A DNA stretch of 64,000 bases from Octopus sinensis (lineage: Eukaryota): NCBI RefSeq assembly GCF_006345805.1, contig NC_042999.1, positions 372,001 to 436,000 of the forward strand. The letters are read 5' to 3'. Positions 12,626 to 26,376 of this stretch are shown piece after piece. Within the stretch, counting starts at the first letter, position 1. Each line of letters opens with the position of its first letter. The position numbers were made by a program, and so were the translations under genes. The notes beneath the pieces are model-generated. The model was not told the DNA's origin. It made no database searches and saw only the letters and a list, made by a program, of their open reading frames with translations.

Positions 12626-13202
12626 TAGAGGGTCAAATATGGAAAATATTTAGAGGAGGAATATTCATATACAGGCATAAATATATTTATGCATTTACAG
12701 AACAGATTTATATGAAGTCCAAAATATACAGAAACGTAGTAGAAAAGGTATCGTGTTTCAAGCCAGACAGTTGTTTGTGGGGCCTGGAAAGTAAATATCT
12801 CTCAACTCTGGTAGAGGCCGGATTTATAGTAATGCTTATATGAATCCAATACTGGTTGCATATTCTTGGCCTTTTGCACACCCCATCTGCTAACATTACA
12901 ACTATTCTGAGCTGTCGGACCTGAAATTTAATACACTTTTCCCTCACTTTTCTTCATATTTCATCTCAAGACATTCAGTGCTTGCTTTCTCTCTCTCCCT
13001 ATATGTATATATTCCCATATATATTTATATGTATATATGTATGTTTTTATATATGAAGCCATAGTGAATTTACCTTATAGCTATTCTTTACCATGTGGTC
13101 TTAGTCTTCAATAAAAGTTTTGGAGTTTAGTTTCTAATCATTTCAGCAATGTTTTGTATAATGTGTATCGCTGGATCTTACAAGTTGACTCTGTGCCCAG
13201 CC

Positions 13203-13234
<32 letters not shown>

Positions 13235-13252
13235 TGTATGTATGTATGTATG

Positions 13253-13286
<34 letters not shown>

Positions 13287-13310
13287 TGTATGTATGTATG
13301 GATTATATAT

Positions 13311-13407
13311 AAAATAAATATAAGAGAGTGGTCACTATATGGCTCACTCTAGCACCAGTTAATCCAAAAGGTTTCAAATATAGTGACCACTCTCTTATAT
13401 TTATTTT
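13311..13407. repeat. 30-bp perfect inverted repeat with a 37-nt spacer
   Basis: AAAATAAATATAAGAGAGTGGTCACTATAT / ATATAGTGACCACTCTCTTATATTTATTTT. Confidence 0.85.
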
Positions 13408-13558
13408 GTAAAAATATTATAATATATTATAAAATATTATAATAATCCAGGTTTCTCGGAGCACTAGGCCACTTGGTGTAGAATAGATATACTATTAAAT
13501 TAGTATCTAATTCTCTCACCCTTATTAATGGATTATATATATATATATATATATATAT

Positions 13559-13961
13559 ACTCTTTACTCTTTTACTTGTTTCAGTCATTTGACTGCGGCC
13601 ATGCTGGAGCACCACTTTAGTCGAGCAAATCGACCCCGGGACTTATTCTTGTAAGTACTTATTTATCTATCTATCGTCTCTTTTGCCGAACCGCTAAGTA
13701 ACGGGGACGTAAACACACCCATCATCGGTTTTCAAGCAATGCTAGGGGGACAAACACTGACACATAAACACACACACACACACATATATATATATACATA
13801 TATACGACAGGGTTCTTTCAGTTTCCATTGTTCCAAATCCACTCACAAGACATTGGTCGGCCCGGGGCTATAGCAGAAGACACTTGCCCAAGATGCCAGG
13901 CAGTGGGACTGAACCCGCAATCATGTGGTTGGTTAGCAAGCTACTTACCACACAGCCACTC
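13559..13961 (-). mobile_element. SINE family A
   Basis: Family A consensus on the minus strand. Confidence 0.85.
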
Positions 13962-14599
13962 ATATATATATATATATATATATTATTTATTTACAACTTA
14001 TTTATACTTTCGACTCTTTCTTCCGTTATCGGATTTATCAAAGAATGGTTGAAATTTAGATTTCTTGGCCTTTTTATAAAGACTTTTCTAGGGTTTGCCA
14101 AGATAGTATTTAGTGGCCTTTTAAGGTGGAGGAGGAAAAAGAAAAGAAAGGAAAAGAATTGTTTTTATTTCAATTGGTGAAGGATTTAACTGAAAAACCA
14201 GAGGTTGTATTTGACTTTCTTCAGTAAAAATTATAATTGTATTTCCAGGACTTGCTATTTTGTGTTTATTAAAGAATAGTTGTATGGGTGTGTTCAACTT
14301 TTTTGATTGAAATTGTAGATAGTTTTGAAAGAGTGATTTTTGAGTTCACTAAACGCCCTCACATCAATTATATATTATATATACACATACACATACATAT
14401 GCATACATCCACATACATATACACACATACACTCACATACATGTATATATGTACATTTCATATTTGTGCACATATACGCATACCACACAATCCTAAGTAC
14501 ACATGGTTTTTTAAAAAATAATTAATATAATTAAAGATTCATTTCTGTGATTAAATAAATTCGGAAAGTTTTGGTCATTATAGCCATTATTATTGAGTT

Positions 14600-14875
14600 T
14601 TGTCCGAGTATTTGTCCTCCAGACTGCACTCAGTTTTAGCGTTCTAGCTCACATTCAATGTTTACAGCAGTGCTTGGAAGGAACGTGTGTAGGGTGTGAT
14701 CGTCGCGTTGACCATGAATCTGCATCAAAATTTGCCAAATGCTCGGCGATACCTGCTCAGAGGCCTACGCAAAGTTGCAGAAAGAGTATGGAGAGGAGTG
14801 TATGAACCAAAAAATGATAGTGACGAACATTCTCGGAGATCTGTAAACAAAAGAACTGAGAAAACAATCGCATGG
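14600..14875 (+). mobile_element. mariner transposon 5' relic (transposase N-terminal HTH fragment)
   Basis: 14718-14810 translates ICIKICQMLGDTCSEAYAKLQKEYGEECMNQ, followed in another frame by DSDEHSRRS..RTEKTI; resembles the mariner IKFC..LG....E....L...YGE..M and D..RSGRP motifs. Confidence 0.7.
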
Positions 14876-14978
14876 ATGAAAGGCAAAAATCGACCTCGGC
14901 GGAATTTGAAGTCAGAACGTTAAGACAGACGAAATAGCGCTAAGTATTTCGCCCGCTGTGCTAACGTTTCTGACAGCA
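14874..14978 (-). mobile_element. SINE family B 5' fragment
   Basis: GGATGAAAGGCAAAAATCGACCTCGGCGGAATTTGAA... Confidence 0.75.
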
Positions 14979-15299
14979 TAATGTATTCGAATACTTATGT
15001 CAATACACGTATGTATGTATACATAAATGCAGATAAAGATGTTAAAAGAAAACACGAGGATACAATAAAATTCTATAGAAGTCAATTCCAATAAATAAAA
15101 AGAGTGAGAGGAGAAATTTCGGAGTTTGCAGCTTCGTTAAGTTTAACTCTGGTTGTCCTGCTCATAATTCGTTTCCTGTATTTCGTCTGGTTCCTGCGCG
15201 CGCACACGTGTGTAGGCGTTTTGTATCTTAATCGTTTATTCGATGTCAGGAATGATGTCGGACGACCAAGAAGTCATTAAAGGAGTTGCAGTTTGTACA

Positions 15300-15478
15300 A
15301 ATTTATATATATACATATATCTACATACATACATACATGCATACATCCACACATACATTCATACATACACACGTACATACATATGTATGTGTGGTGGGGG
15401 TATACGCATATTCATATATACATATATACACATATATATATATGTACATGCATATATATAAATAAATGAATATATATT

Positions 15479-15511
<33 letters not shown>

Positions 15512-15743
15512 TTGTGTATATATATATAATGTATATATATATATATATATGTGTGTGTATGTATATATATATATGTATATGTATATATATATGTATATAT
15601 ATATATGTATATATATATGTATATATATATATATGCATGTATGTATGTATGTATATATATATATATGCATGTATGTATGTATATATATATATATATATGT
15701 ACGCAAACATATATATTTATCTATATATAGTACCAGAGCTTCA

Positions 15744-15788
<45 letters not shown>

Positions 15789-15790
15789 CA
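15300..15790. repeat. Compound (TA)/(TACA)/(TG)/(GA) microsatellite
   Basis: Direct reading of the sequence. Confidence 0.9.
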
Positions 15791-16378
15791 GGGTGCATGG
15801 TGAAGAAAGATGAGGTGAGTGAGCGATGTCTTAATGTGCGTTTTATGTATCAATTTCTTGTTTTAAAGCTCACTTCATAAAAAGCGCACATAAAACGCAT
15901 CACTGACTTTCTCCCTTGTAAGATCGTCATGCACTATAGCGAAGCAACTCACAATTGCCAGTATACATACATACATATATACATACACACACACACAGGC
16001 AGATATTCATATATAAACATAATTTCTTTGCATCACAACCTCGCATTCACACATATATAATACGACTGCCCAAGATTTTATCTATTTACCTAAGCATTTC
16101 TCGCATTTTCTTATATCTCTTTTATATTTCTTCGAGCATTAATAATGTTCCTATTTTCATGAATCTTTATGGACCCTAACAGTTTTATCTTATGTTCGGA
16201 ATGATTATTGGGGCGTGTGTTTTTGCTATTATATTGTTGTCAGTATTATTCATGAAGTATAATACTCGAACCAGATGCACCTGACTTTCAAGAAGATGAA
16301 CATGTTTGAAAAACGCCATAAAACAGAGCGCCACATCTATTAAACGCAAACATAAAAGAACATTAATATTAATTAAAG

Positions 16379-16990
16379 ATGGCGGCGTGCTAGCGGAATT
16401 GCTAGCTTACCGGATAAAATACTTACCTGTATTTCGTCCATCTTTACGTTCTGTGTTCAAATTCCGTCAAGGTCCACTTTGCCTTTTATCCTTTCAGGGT
16501 CGATATAATAAGTACATCTTGAAGGCGGCGAGCTGGCAGAATCGTTAGCACGCCGGGCGAAATGCTTAGCGGTATTTCGTCTGCCGTTACGTTCAGAGTT
16601 CAAATTCCGCCGAGGTCGACTTTGCCTGTCATCCTTTCGGGGTCGATAAATTAAGTACCAGTTACGCACTGCGATCGATGTAATCGACTTAATCCGTTTG
16701 TCTGTCCTTGTTTGTCCCCTCTGTGTGTAGCCCCTTGTGGGTAGCAAAGAAATAGGTATTTCGTCTGCCGTTACGTTCTGAGTTCAAATTCCGCCGAGGT
16801 CGACTTTGCCTTTCATCCTTTCGGAGTCGATTAAATAAGTACCAGTGACGCACTGGGGTCGATGTAATCAACTTAATCCCTTTGTCTGTCCTTGTTTGTC
16901 CCCTCTATGTTTAGCCCCTTGTGGGCAATAAAGCAATAAGGATAAGTACTATTTGAGTACTAGGGTCGATTTAATCGATTTAACCCCTCC
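16379..16990 (+). mobile_element. SINE family B cluster: a young dimer inside an older copy
   Basis: Diverged head at 16379, intact head at 16523 with two body units, old tail resumes at ~16941. Confidence 0.8.
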
Positions 16991-17837
16991 GCGAAATTGA
17001 CCCAAAATTTGAAACTAATATCAATTTAAGGTGGTGAATCTGCGGAGTTGTACAGCAACAGATATAATGTTTTGCATTGTATGTTATGGTAGTTTGTACT
17101 TTGAATTGAAATCCCGCTGAGATCAACTTGAGCATTCATACTTTTATACAAATTCATGTTTCATATAAAATAGTTTGAGCTCACATCATATACCAAAACT
17201 GCGATATAACCAGGCCTGATTCCTTTCACATTATGCCGCAACAAATTTAAAATGAAAAAGATCGCATACACTTCAATAAATTTAGCCAAACAACAATTCC
17301 CTACTTTCACCAAGTGGTTGTATCTCACTTCAGCTTTATTGTTCACTAATCAACTAATCAATTAAGATTTTATTGATTAATTTGTCAAACATTTCATCAA
17401 CTTTTCATCTACAGTCGAAGTTTCAATGATGTAAAATCGTTTTCCGTTCTTCACCTGAATTTTCGCGTCTGTCTTGTGATTGTTACGTTTGTCAACTACA
17501 TTCTTCAGGTTTTCAAGTTTAGGTGAATATTGTTGTGTCTTTATAATTTACATTTTATATAATCTTTATATTTTATGTTGTATGTTTTACTTATTTTCAG
17601 TTATTATGCTTTTTAAACTCTGGAATGGTTTATAAAAGTGAGAGCTTAGATTTAGCGAGGCATCTAAAATATTGAATTTTGACAGATTAGTACCAACAAT
17701 GATCCTGAAACCTATTTGGCTAAAAGTATTAATAAGTTTTGCCCCAAATTATCAAGAGTTTGACTATCACAGTCATGTGATCTTCGCAACCCTTTATCTC
17801 AGTATGGACCAACGTCACGGGATGGGAATTTGTATGA

Positions 17838-18015
17838 AATACACTAAGATCCAAGTTCCCATTTCATGAGGGTGCTCTCTATCAAGACGACGGGTTGGGA
17901 ATATCTCATGGCTGTGATAGTCGCAATCTTGATAGATTTTGGAAAAAAATTCATTGACACCTTTGGCCAATTAGGCCTGAGAATCACTGTTACTACTAAT
18001 CTGTCGAAAGCTGAA
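17838..18015 (+). pseudogene. Penelope-like element reverse transcriptase fragment
   Basis: NTLRSKFPFHEGALYQDDGLGISHGCDSRNLDRF, then after a frameshift KKFIDTFGQLGLRITVTTNL; matches the PLE RT motif-C region YRDDGL...K.I..F...GL.IT...N. Confidence 0.75.
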
Positions 18016-18395
18016 CGATTTTTAAAAATATTCCCCTATTTGGAGGCCACAATCCTCTCTGGATTGAACAGCTGTATCGGAGATTGGACCTCCTCTCCTC
18101 GCCTCATTCCACAACAACTAATTTTATTATGGTTTCACTGTCAAAGGGGACATAATTCTAATTTTCTTTTTTCTATTCATTTTCGGTTTTTTTGTCACCG
18201 TTCCATTTTTTACATAAATCTTCTCGTTTTTTTCTCTCGTGATTTCTTTTGTTCTAGTGTCCTGTGTTGTAAATTGTATAGGCTCAGGTCCTAAAGACTG
18301 GAGACACAAGGCATGTCTTTAACACTTGCCTAGACTGCATCTCCAGTGCATGAAACTATTGTTAACTCGTAACTTTATAAAGTGTACATTAAATA

Positions 18396-18426
<31 letters not shown>

Positions 18427-18481
18427 TGTATGTATGTATGTATGTATGTATGTATGTACGTACGTATGTATGTATGTATTT

Positions 18482-18750
18482 TTTTCCGACCAGTCCATCA
18501 GATATGGTTACACATCGCTGGTCACAATGCGTTCGCATTGTTTTAGCCTTCGAATGACGCCACCCCGCTGGCTAAGCGAGCAGGCCAACAGGAGAAAGAG
18601 TGAGAGAAAGAGTGGTGAAAGAGTACAGCAGGGATCACCAACCCCTGCCGGAGCCTCGTGGAGCTTTTAGGTGTTTTCGCTCAATAAACACTCACAACGC
18701 CCGGTCTGGGAATCGAAACCGCGATACTAACCACTGGGCCATTGCGCCTC

Positions 18751-18752
<2 letters not shown>
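18482..18752 (-). mobile_element. tRNA-derived SINE family C with a distinct tail
   Basis: Minus strand GGAGGCGCAATGGCCCAGTGGTTAG...GTTTCGATTCCCAGACCGGGCGTTGTGAGTG; homologous to the head of 41217-41520. Confidence 0.8.
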
Positions 18753-18784
<32 letters not shown>

Positions 18785-19287
18785 GTTGAAATTTACAGAA
18801 AAACAAAAGACGTAGACAGCCGTATAAACAACAAGCAGGCGTATTAGTTTGACGCTACACATGTATACATACATTCACACACATATATTTACTTATTCTC
18901 TCGGTCTCTTCAGCCGTACCGATATGTTGTGAGATGTAAACACACCAGCCGGTGACCGGATACGGAGAGCTACAGGATCATACAAGATTCCTGAGTGTCA
19001 GCTTTGCCATGGCTTCTATGGCAGGATATTCCTACTAGTGCCAACTACTTTACGATGTGTATTACAGACGTCTTCATGCCACCGGCACTCGAGAGGTTGC
19101 CATGTCAATTGCCAGACACAGAAATTTAAAAAATGGAAGACAGAAAAAGTCCCAATTCAAGATGATAGGGGAGTATGAAGGAGATGGTTTAAGGGTGAAG
19201 GCTAAGTATGATAAAGGGACAAGCACAGGTTTCTTATTGCAGAGGGAATACATATATACTAAATTTTTAAAGGGGCGGATGTAGTCA

Positions 19288-19340
<53 letters not shown>

Positions 19341-19389
19341 CTCTCTTATACACATGCACGCACAACTTCGTTTTGGGATCACCACGGCT

Positions 19390-19632
19390 TTATTATCTCC
19401 CCTTCATTTTAGCGCTCCGTGTGACCCCTCTGTCCGGCATTTGCCATGATAGATCACTACCCACAACACATTCTTTATTTTCTCTCCTTGTTTCTTTACG
19501 CGTTCCTTTCTGTGGAAGAGCGTAGGCTCGAAACGTTAAAGACTTTTTCACTTCCCAAGCATTATACTAATACATCTGTTTGTTGTCTACACCACCTGTC
19601 TTCATCGTTTGTTCTTTTTGTGAATTCTCCCC
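19390..19632 (+). mobile_element. Short element H1 with a minimal hammerhead-like motif (19506-19541)
   Basis: CTTT-CTGTGGA-A-GAGC GTAG GCTC-GAAA-CG-TT-AAAG; homologs at 33485-33670 and 37112-37330. Confidence 0.6.
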
Positions 19633-19788
19633 CCATCCCTATATATCTATATCTATATATATATATATAAAGGGAAAATCAATAGAGGTCACAAAAGTGA
19701 CGGAGGGTGCTGGCCAGCACCGTTTATGCTAAAACGAGAGTTAAATTACTCTAGATTCTATTTGCTAATCATCCACCCATTGTATTAG

Positions 19789-19835
<47 letters not shown>

Positions 19836-20331
19836 TGAGAGTTTCTTTTCGGGTTTGAAAATGTCGGGGAAGGTGAAGAAACCAATGCACTGAGATTGAA
19901 ATTGAAAAAAAAAAATGCACATACCACGACAGAAATTGTTAACTTTTTTCTTTCTCTCCACCTTTTTCTCTAATAGTAAAAACTCAGTATGACTGAATTC
20001 TCAATATTGTACATTTGTTATGATCTTCACTGAACATCTATATTGATATTACTATCGTTCCCCGGTGTAACTCATTGAAATTTCTCTGAACATTTGATAG
20101 TTTCAACATGTTTGTCTCATTTTTACCTTGTAAATTTTAAACTCTCGTAAACACTTGTTTTATATATTTGTACCATTTATAAGCAAAGAAAATTGTCAAA
20201 ACTAGTTTGGAGTGTGAATAAATCAATTGCAAAATTTAAAGACCAGTAAACGTTTTTAGATTCAGGTGCATTTTCAAACCTCAAAACAAATTCTCCTATA
20301 TCTTTTGCGTGGGAATACACTTCTTCTTTCC

Positions 20332-20369
<38 letters not shown>

Positions 20370-20850
20370 CCACCCACCGAACATCCACCATGGGTCATCA
20401 CAATTGCTTAAGGTAAAAATGAATTCCTCGCTCTTTCGGAAACATCAATCTTCTGTATTGACCGCTTTCCACCACTTTGATCTGTTTTTTGTATTGAATA
20501 CGTATCGCCACCGTGGGCCACTGCATCGAACACTTTGAACATATAGCATGAATGAACTTACTTCAAAACTATATATCAAATATACATGAACTCTAAGATG
20601 TCTGACTCCGTTGTGTATTATAAATGAATTTCTTGTGTTGACGGCATGAGAGTCTTTTTTTATATATAACTTTTTTTGATAAGGTTCATTTCAGGAACTG
20701 AAACATGTTATAATGTATATATAAAAATTAAAAATTGTATAATACAGCAGCATTTTCGAAATTCATTTTTTACAAATATATATATATAGATATTATATAT
20801 AAATCCTTAAAAATCCTTAAAAATGTTTTAGCCCGAAGGCCGCGGCCATA

Positions 20851-23800
20851 TAATAGCAATTAAGGACAACTACTTAATAAGGAAAACTTAACAAGAAATT
20901 GTCAGGTTATAGCGTAAAAACCTCATACGAGAAAAAATTTCGAAAATAATATTTCTTATTGAACATATTAATTTATATATAGAGGGCATTATACATACAT
21001 GCCAGAGGCATTCTACATACACGCCATACGCTAAGAGGGACAATCAGTCATTTCTACCAAAAATATTACTAATCCCACCGAATGCAATTTTTCAAAGAAA
21101 GACATTTAAAAATATATAGACCTGTATCACAGTGATTTCATACTTACGTAATCATCAGCAGGCCTGAATATACTATAAATAAACAACGACCCTGCCTCGC
21201 TTAAGCCGATCAGCTAACTGATCAACATCACGAAGCACATGGGTGGTTTTATAATATACTATATCCGGATGAATGGCAAACTTTTACGAATTGCATTTCG
21301 GGAGAGGAAAAGTTTTTTCGGAATAAAAATTTAGCAATTAAGGACAACTTACTTAATAAGGAAAACTTAACAAGAAATTGTCAGGTAGATAGGTAAAAAC
21401 CTCATACGAGAAAAAATTTCGAAAATAATTATTTCTTATTGAACATATTAATTTATATATAGAGGGCATTATACATACATGCCAGGAGGCATTCTACATG
21501 CACGCCATACGCTAAGAGGGACAATCAGTCATTTCTACCAAAAATATTACTAATCCCACCGAATGCAATTTTTCAAGAAAGACATTTAAAAATATATAGA
21601 CCTGTATCACAGTGATTTCATACTTACGTAATCATCAGAAGGCCTGAATATACTATAAATAAACAACGACCCTGCCTCGCTTAAGCCGATCAGCTAACTG
21701 ATCAACATCACGAAGCACATGGGGGGTTTATATATACTATATCCGGATGAATGGCAACTTTTACGAATTGCATTTCGGGAGAGGAAAAGTTTTTTCGGAT
21801 AAAAATTTAGCAATTAAGGACAACTTACTTATAAGGAAAACTTAACAAGAAATTGTCAGGGTAGATGCGTTAAAAACCTCATACGAGAAAAAACTTCGAA
21901 AATAATATTTCTTATTGAACATATTAATTTATATAAGAGGGCATTATACATACATGCCAGGAGGCATTCTACATACACGCCATACGCTAAGAGGGACAAT
22001 CAGTCATTTCTACCAAAATATTACTATCCCACCGAATGCAATTTTTCAAAGAAAGACATTTAAAAATATATAGACCTGTATCACAGTGATTTCATACTTA
22101 CGTAATCATCAGCAGGCCTGAATATACTATAAATAAACAACGACCCTGCCTCGCTTAGCCGATCAGCTAACTGATCAACATCAACGAAGCACATGGGTGG
22201 GTTTATATATACTATATCCGGATGAATGGCAAACTTTTACGAATTGCATTTCGGGAGAGGAAAAGTTTTTTCGGAATAAAAATTTAGCAATTAAGGACAA
22301 CTACTTAATAAGGAAAACTTAACAAGAAATGGTCAGGTAGATAGCGTAAAAACCTCATACGAGAAAAAACTTCGAAAATAATTATTTCTTATTGAACATA
22401 TTAATTTAATATAGAGGGCATTATACATACATGCCAGGAGGCATTCTACATACACGCCATACGCTAAGAGGGACAATCAGTCATTTCTACCAAAAATATT
22501 ACTAATCCCACCGAATGCAATTTTTCAAAGAAAGACATTTAAAAATATATAGACCTGTATCACAGTGATTTCATACTTACGTAATCATCAGCAGGCCTGT
22601 ATATACTATAAATAAACAACGACCCTGCCTCGCTTAAGCCGATCAGCTAACTGATCAACATCAACGAAGCACAGGGTGGGTTTATATATACTATATCCGG
22701 ATGAATGGCAAACTTTTACGAATTGCATTTCGGGAGAGGAAAAGTTTTTTCGGAAAAAAAATTAGCAATTAAGGCAACTACTTAATAAGGAAAACTTAAC
22801 AAGAAATTGTCAGGTAGATAGCGTAAAAACCTCATACGAGAAAAAATTTCGAAAATAATTATTTCTTATTGAACATATTAATTATATATAGAGGGCATTA
22901 TACATACATGCCAGGAGGCATTCTACATGCACGCCATACGCTAAGAGGGACAATCAGTCATTTCTACCAAAAAATTACTAATCCCACCGAAGCAATTTTT
23001 CAAAGAAAGACATTTAAAAATATATAGACCTGTATCACAGTGATTTCATACTTACGTAATCATCAGCAGGCCTGAATATACTATAAATAACAACGACCCT
23101 GCTCGCTTAAGCCGATCAGCTAACTGATCAACATCAACGAAGCACATGGGTGGGTTTATATATACTATATCCGGATGAATGGCAAACTTTTACGAATTGC
23201 ATTCGGGAGAGGAAAAGTTTTTTCGGAATAAAAATTTAGCAATTAAGGACAACTACTTAATAAGGAAAACTTAACAAGAAATTGTCAGGTAGATAGCGTA
23301 AAAACCTCATACGAGAAAAAATTTCGAAAATAATTATTTCTTATTGAACATATTATTTATATAGAGGGCATTATACATACATGCCAGGAGGCATTCTACA
23401 TACACGCCATACGCTAAGAGGGACAATCAGTCATTTCTACCAAAAATATACTAATCCCACCGAATGCAATTTTTCAAAGAAAGACATTTAAAAATATATA
23501 GACCTGTATCACATTGATTTCATACTTACGTAATCATCAGCAGGCCTGAATATACTATAAATAAACAACGACCCTGCCTCGCTTAAGCCGATCAGCTAAC
23601 TGATCAACATCAACGAGCACATGGGTGGGTTTATATATACTATATCCGGATGAATGGCAAACTTTTACGAATTGCATTTCGGGAGAGGAAAAGTTTTTCG
23701 GAATAAAAATTTAGCAATTAAGGACAACTACTTAATAAGGAAAACTTACAAGAAATTGTCAGGTAATAGCGTAAAACCTCATACGAGAAAAAACTTCGAA

Positions 23801-25972
23801 AATAATTATTTCTTATTGAACATATTAATTTATATATAGAGGGCATTATACATACATGCCAGAGGCATTCTACATACACGCCATACGCTAAGAGGGACAA
23901 TCAGTCATTTCTACCAAAAATATTACTAATCCCACCGAATGCAATTTTTCAAAGAAAGACATTTAAAAATAATAGACCTGTATCACAGTGATTTCATACT
24001 TACGTAATCATCAGCAGGCCTGAATATACTATAAATAACAACGACCCTGCTTCGCTTAAGCCGATCAGCTAACTGATCAACATCAACGAAGCACATGGGT
24101 GGGTTTATATATACTATAATCCGGATGAATGGCAAACTTTTACGAATTGCATTTCGGGAGAGAGAAAAGTTTTTTCGGAATAAAAATTTAGCAATTAAAC
24201 ACAACTACTTAATAGGAAAACTTAACAAGAAATTGTCAGGTAATAGCGTAAAAACCTCATACGAGAAAAAAAAAAATTTCGAAAATAATTATTTCTTATT
24301 GAACATATTAATTTATATATAGAGGGCATTATACATACATGCCAGGAGGCATTCTACATACACGCCATCGCTAAGAGGGACATCAGTCATTTCTACCAAA
24401 AATATTACTAATCCCACCGAATGCAATTTTTCAAAGAAAGACATTTAAAAATATATAGACCTGTATCACAGTGATTTCATACTTACGTAATCATCAGCAG
24501 GCCTGAATATACTATAAATAAACAACGACCTGCTCGCTTAAGCCGATCAGCTAACTGATCACATCACGCAGCACATGGGTGGTTTATATATACTATATCC
24601 GGATGAATGGCAAACTTTTACGAATTGCATTTCGGGAGAGGAAAAGTTTTTTCGGAATAAAAATTTAGCAATAAAGGACACTACTTAATAAGGAAAACTT
24701 AACAAGAAATTGTCAGGTAGATAGCGTAAAAACCTCATACGAGAAAAATTTTCGAAAATAATTATTTCTTATTGAACATATTAATTTATATATAGAGGGC
24801 ATTATACATACATGCCAGGAGGCATTCTACATACACGCCCTACGCTAAGAGGGACAATCAGTCATTCTACCAAAATATTACTAATCCCACCGAATGCATT
24901 TTTTCAAAGAAAGACATTTAAAAATATATAGACCTGTATCACAGTGATTTCATCTACTTACGTAATCATCCAGCAGGCCTGAATATACTATAAATAAACA
25001 ACGACCCTGCCTCGCTTAAGCCGATCAGCTAACTGATCAACATCACGAAGCACATGGGTGGTTTATATATACTATATCCGGATGAATGGCAAACTTTTTT
25101 AACGAATTGCATTTTGGAGAGGAAAAGTTTTTTCGGAATAAAAATTTAGCAATTAAGGACAACTACTTAATAAGGAAAACTTAACAGAAATTGTCAGGTA
25201 GATAGCGTAAAAACCTCATACGAGAAAAAATTTCGAAAATAATTATTTCTTATGAACATATTAATTTATATATAGGGCATTATACATACATGCCAGGAGG
25301 CATTCTACATACACGCCATACGCTAAGAGGGACAATCAGTCATTTCTACCAAAATATTACTAATCCCACCGAATGCAATTTTTCAAAGAAAGACATTTAA
25401 AAATATATAGACCTGTATCACAGTGATTTCATACTTACGTAATCATCAGCAGGCCTGAATATACTATAAATAAACAACGACCCTGCTCGCTTAAGCCGAT
25501 CAGCTAACTGATCAACATCAACGAAGCACATGGGGGGTTTATATACTATATCGGATGAATGGCAAACTTTTACGAATTGCATTTCGGGAGAGAGGAAAAG
25601 TTTTTTCGGAAAAAAAATTTAGCAATTAAGGACAACTACTTAATAAGGAAAACTTAACAAGAAATTGTCAGGTAGATAGCGTAAAAACTCATACGAGAAA
25701 AAATTCGAAAATAATTATTTCTTATTGAACATTAATTTATATATAGAGGGCATATACATACATGCCAGGAGGCATTCTACATACACGCCATACGCTAAGA
25801 GGGACAATCAGTCATTCTACCAAATATTACTAATCCCACCGAATGCAATTTTTCAAAGAAAGACATTTAAAAATATATAGACCTGTATCACAGTGATTTC
25901 ATACTACGTAATCATCAGCAGGCCTGAATATACTATAAATAAACAACGACCTGCTCGCTTAAGCCGATCAGC
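20851..25972 (-). repeat. Tandem array of ~478-bp hammerhead-containing units (~10.7 copies); retrozyme-like satellite
   Basis: Hammerhead motif lower coordinates 21118, 21598, 22072, 22551, 23026, 23500, 23974, 24457, 24930, 25409, 25879 (period 470-483 bp); units nearly identical. Confidence 0.95.
21118..21165 (-). ncRNA. Type I hammerhead ribozyme (first of 11 minus-strand copies)
   Basis: AGGCCTG-CTGATGA-T TAC GTAA GTA T-GAAA-TCACTGTGA-TA-CAGGTCT: canonical core, 7-bp stem I, GNRA-capped stem II, stem III AUCA/UGAU, AUA cleavage triplet. Confidence 0.8.
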
Positions 25973-26328
25973 TGATGTCCCTCTAGCGTATGGAGTGTAT
26001 GTAGAATGCCTCCTGGCATGTATGTATAATGCCCTCTATATATAAATTAATATGTTCAATAAGAAATAATTAGTTTCGAAATTTTTTCTCGTATGAGGTT
26101 TTTACGCTATCCCTACAATTTCTTTTGTTAAGTTTTCTTATTAAGTAGTTGTCCTTAATTGCTAAATTTTTATTCCGAAAAAACTTTTCCTCTCCCGAAA
26201 TGCAATTCGTAAAAGTTTGCCAATCATCGGATATAGTATATATAAACCCACCCATGTGCTTCGTTGATGTTGATCAGTTAGCTGATCGGCTTAAGCGAGG
26301 CAGGGTCATTGTTTATTTATAGTATATC

Positions 26329-26376
26329 AGGCCTGCTGATGATTACGTAAGTATGAAATCACTGTGATACAGGTCT
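26329..26376 (+). ncRNA. Type I hammerhead ribozyme, predicted cleavage after 26369
   Basis: Identical 48-nt motif read directly on the + strand. Confidence 0.8.

Noticed and set aside
20800-20850. TSD or promoter at the left end of the array (AAATCCTTAA twice, GCCCGAAGGC hairpin)
   Set aside because: No matching sequence at the right end; it looks like the 3' tail of an unrelated small repeat.
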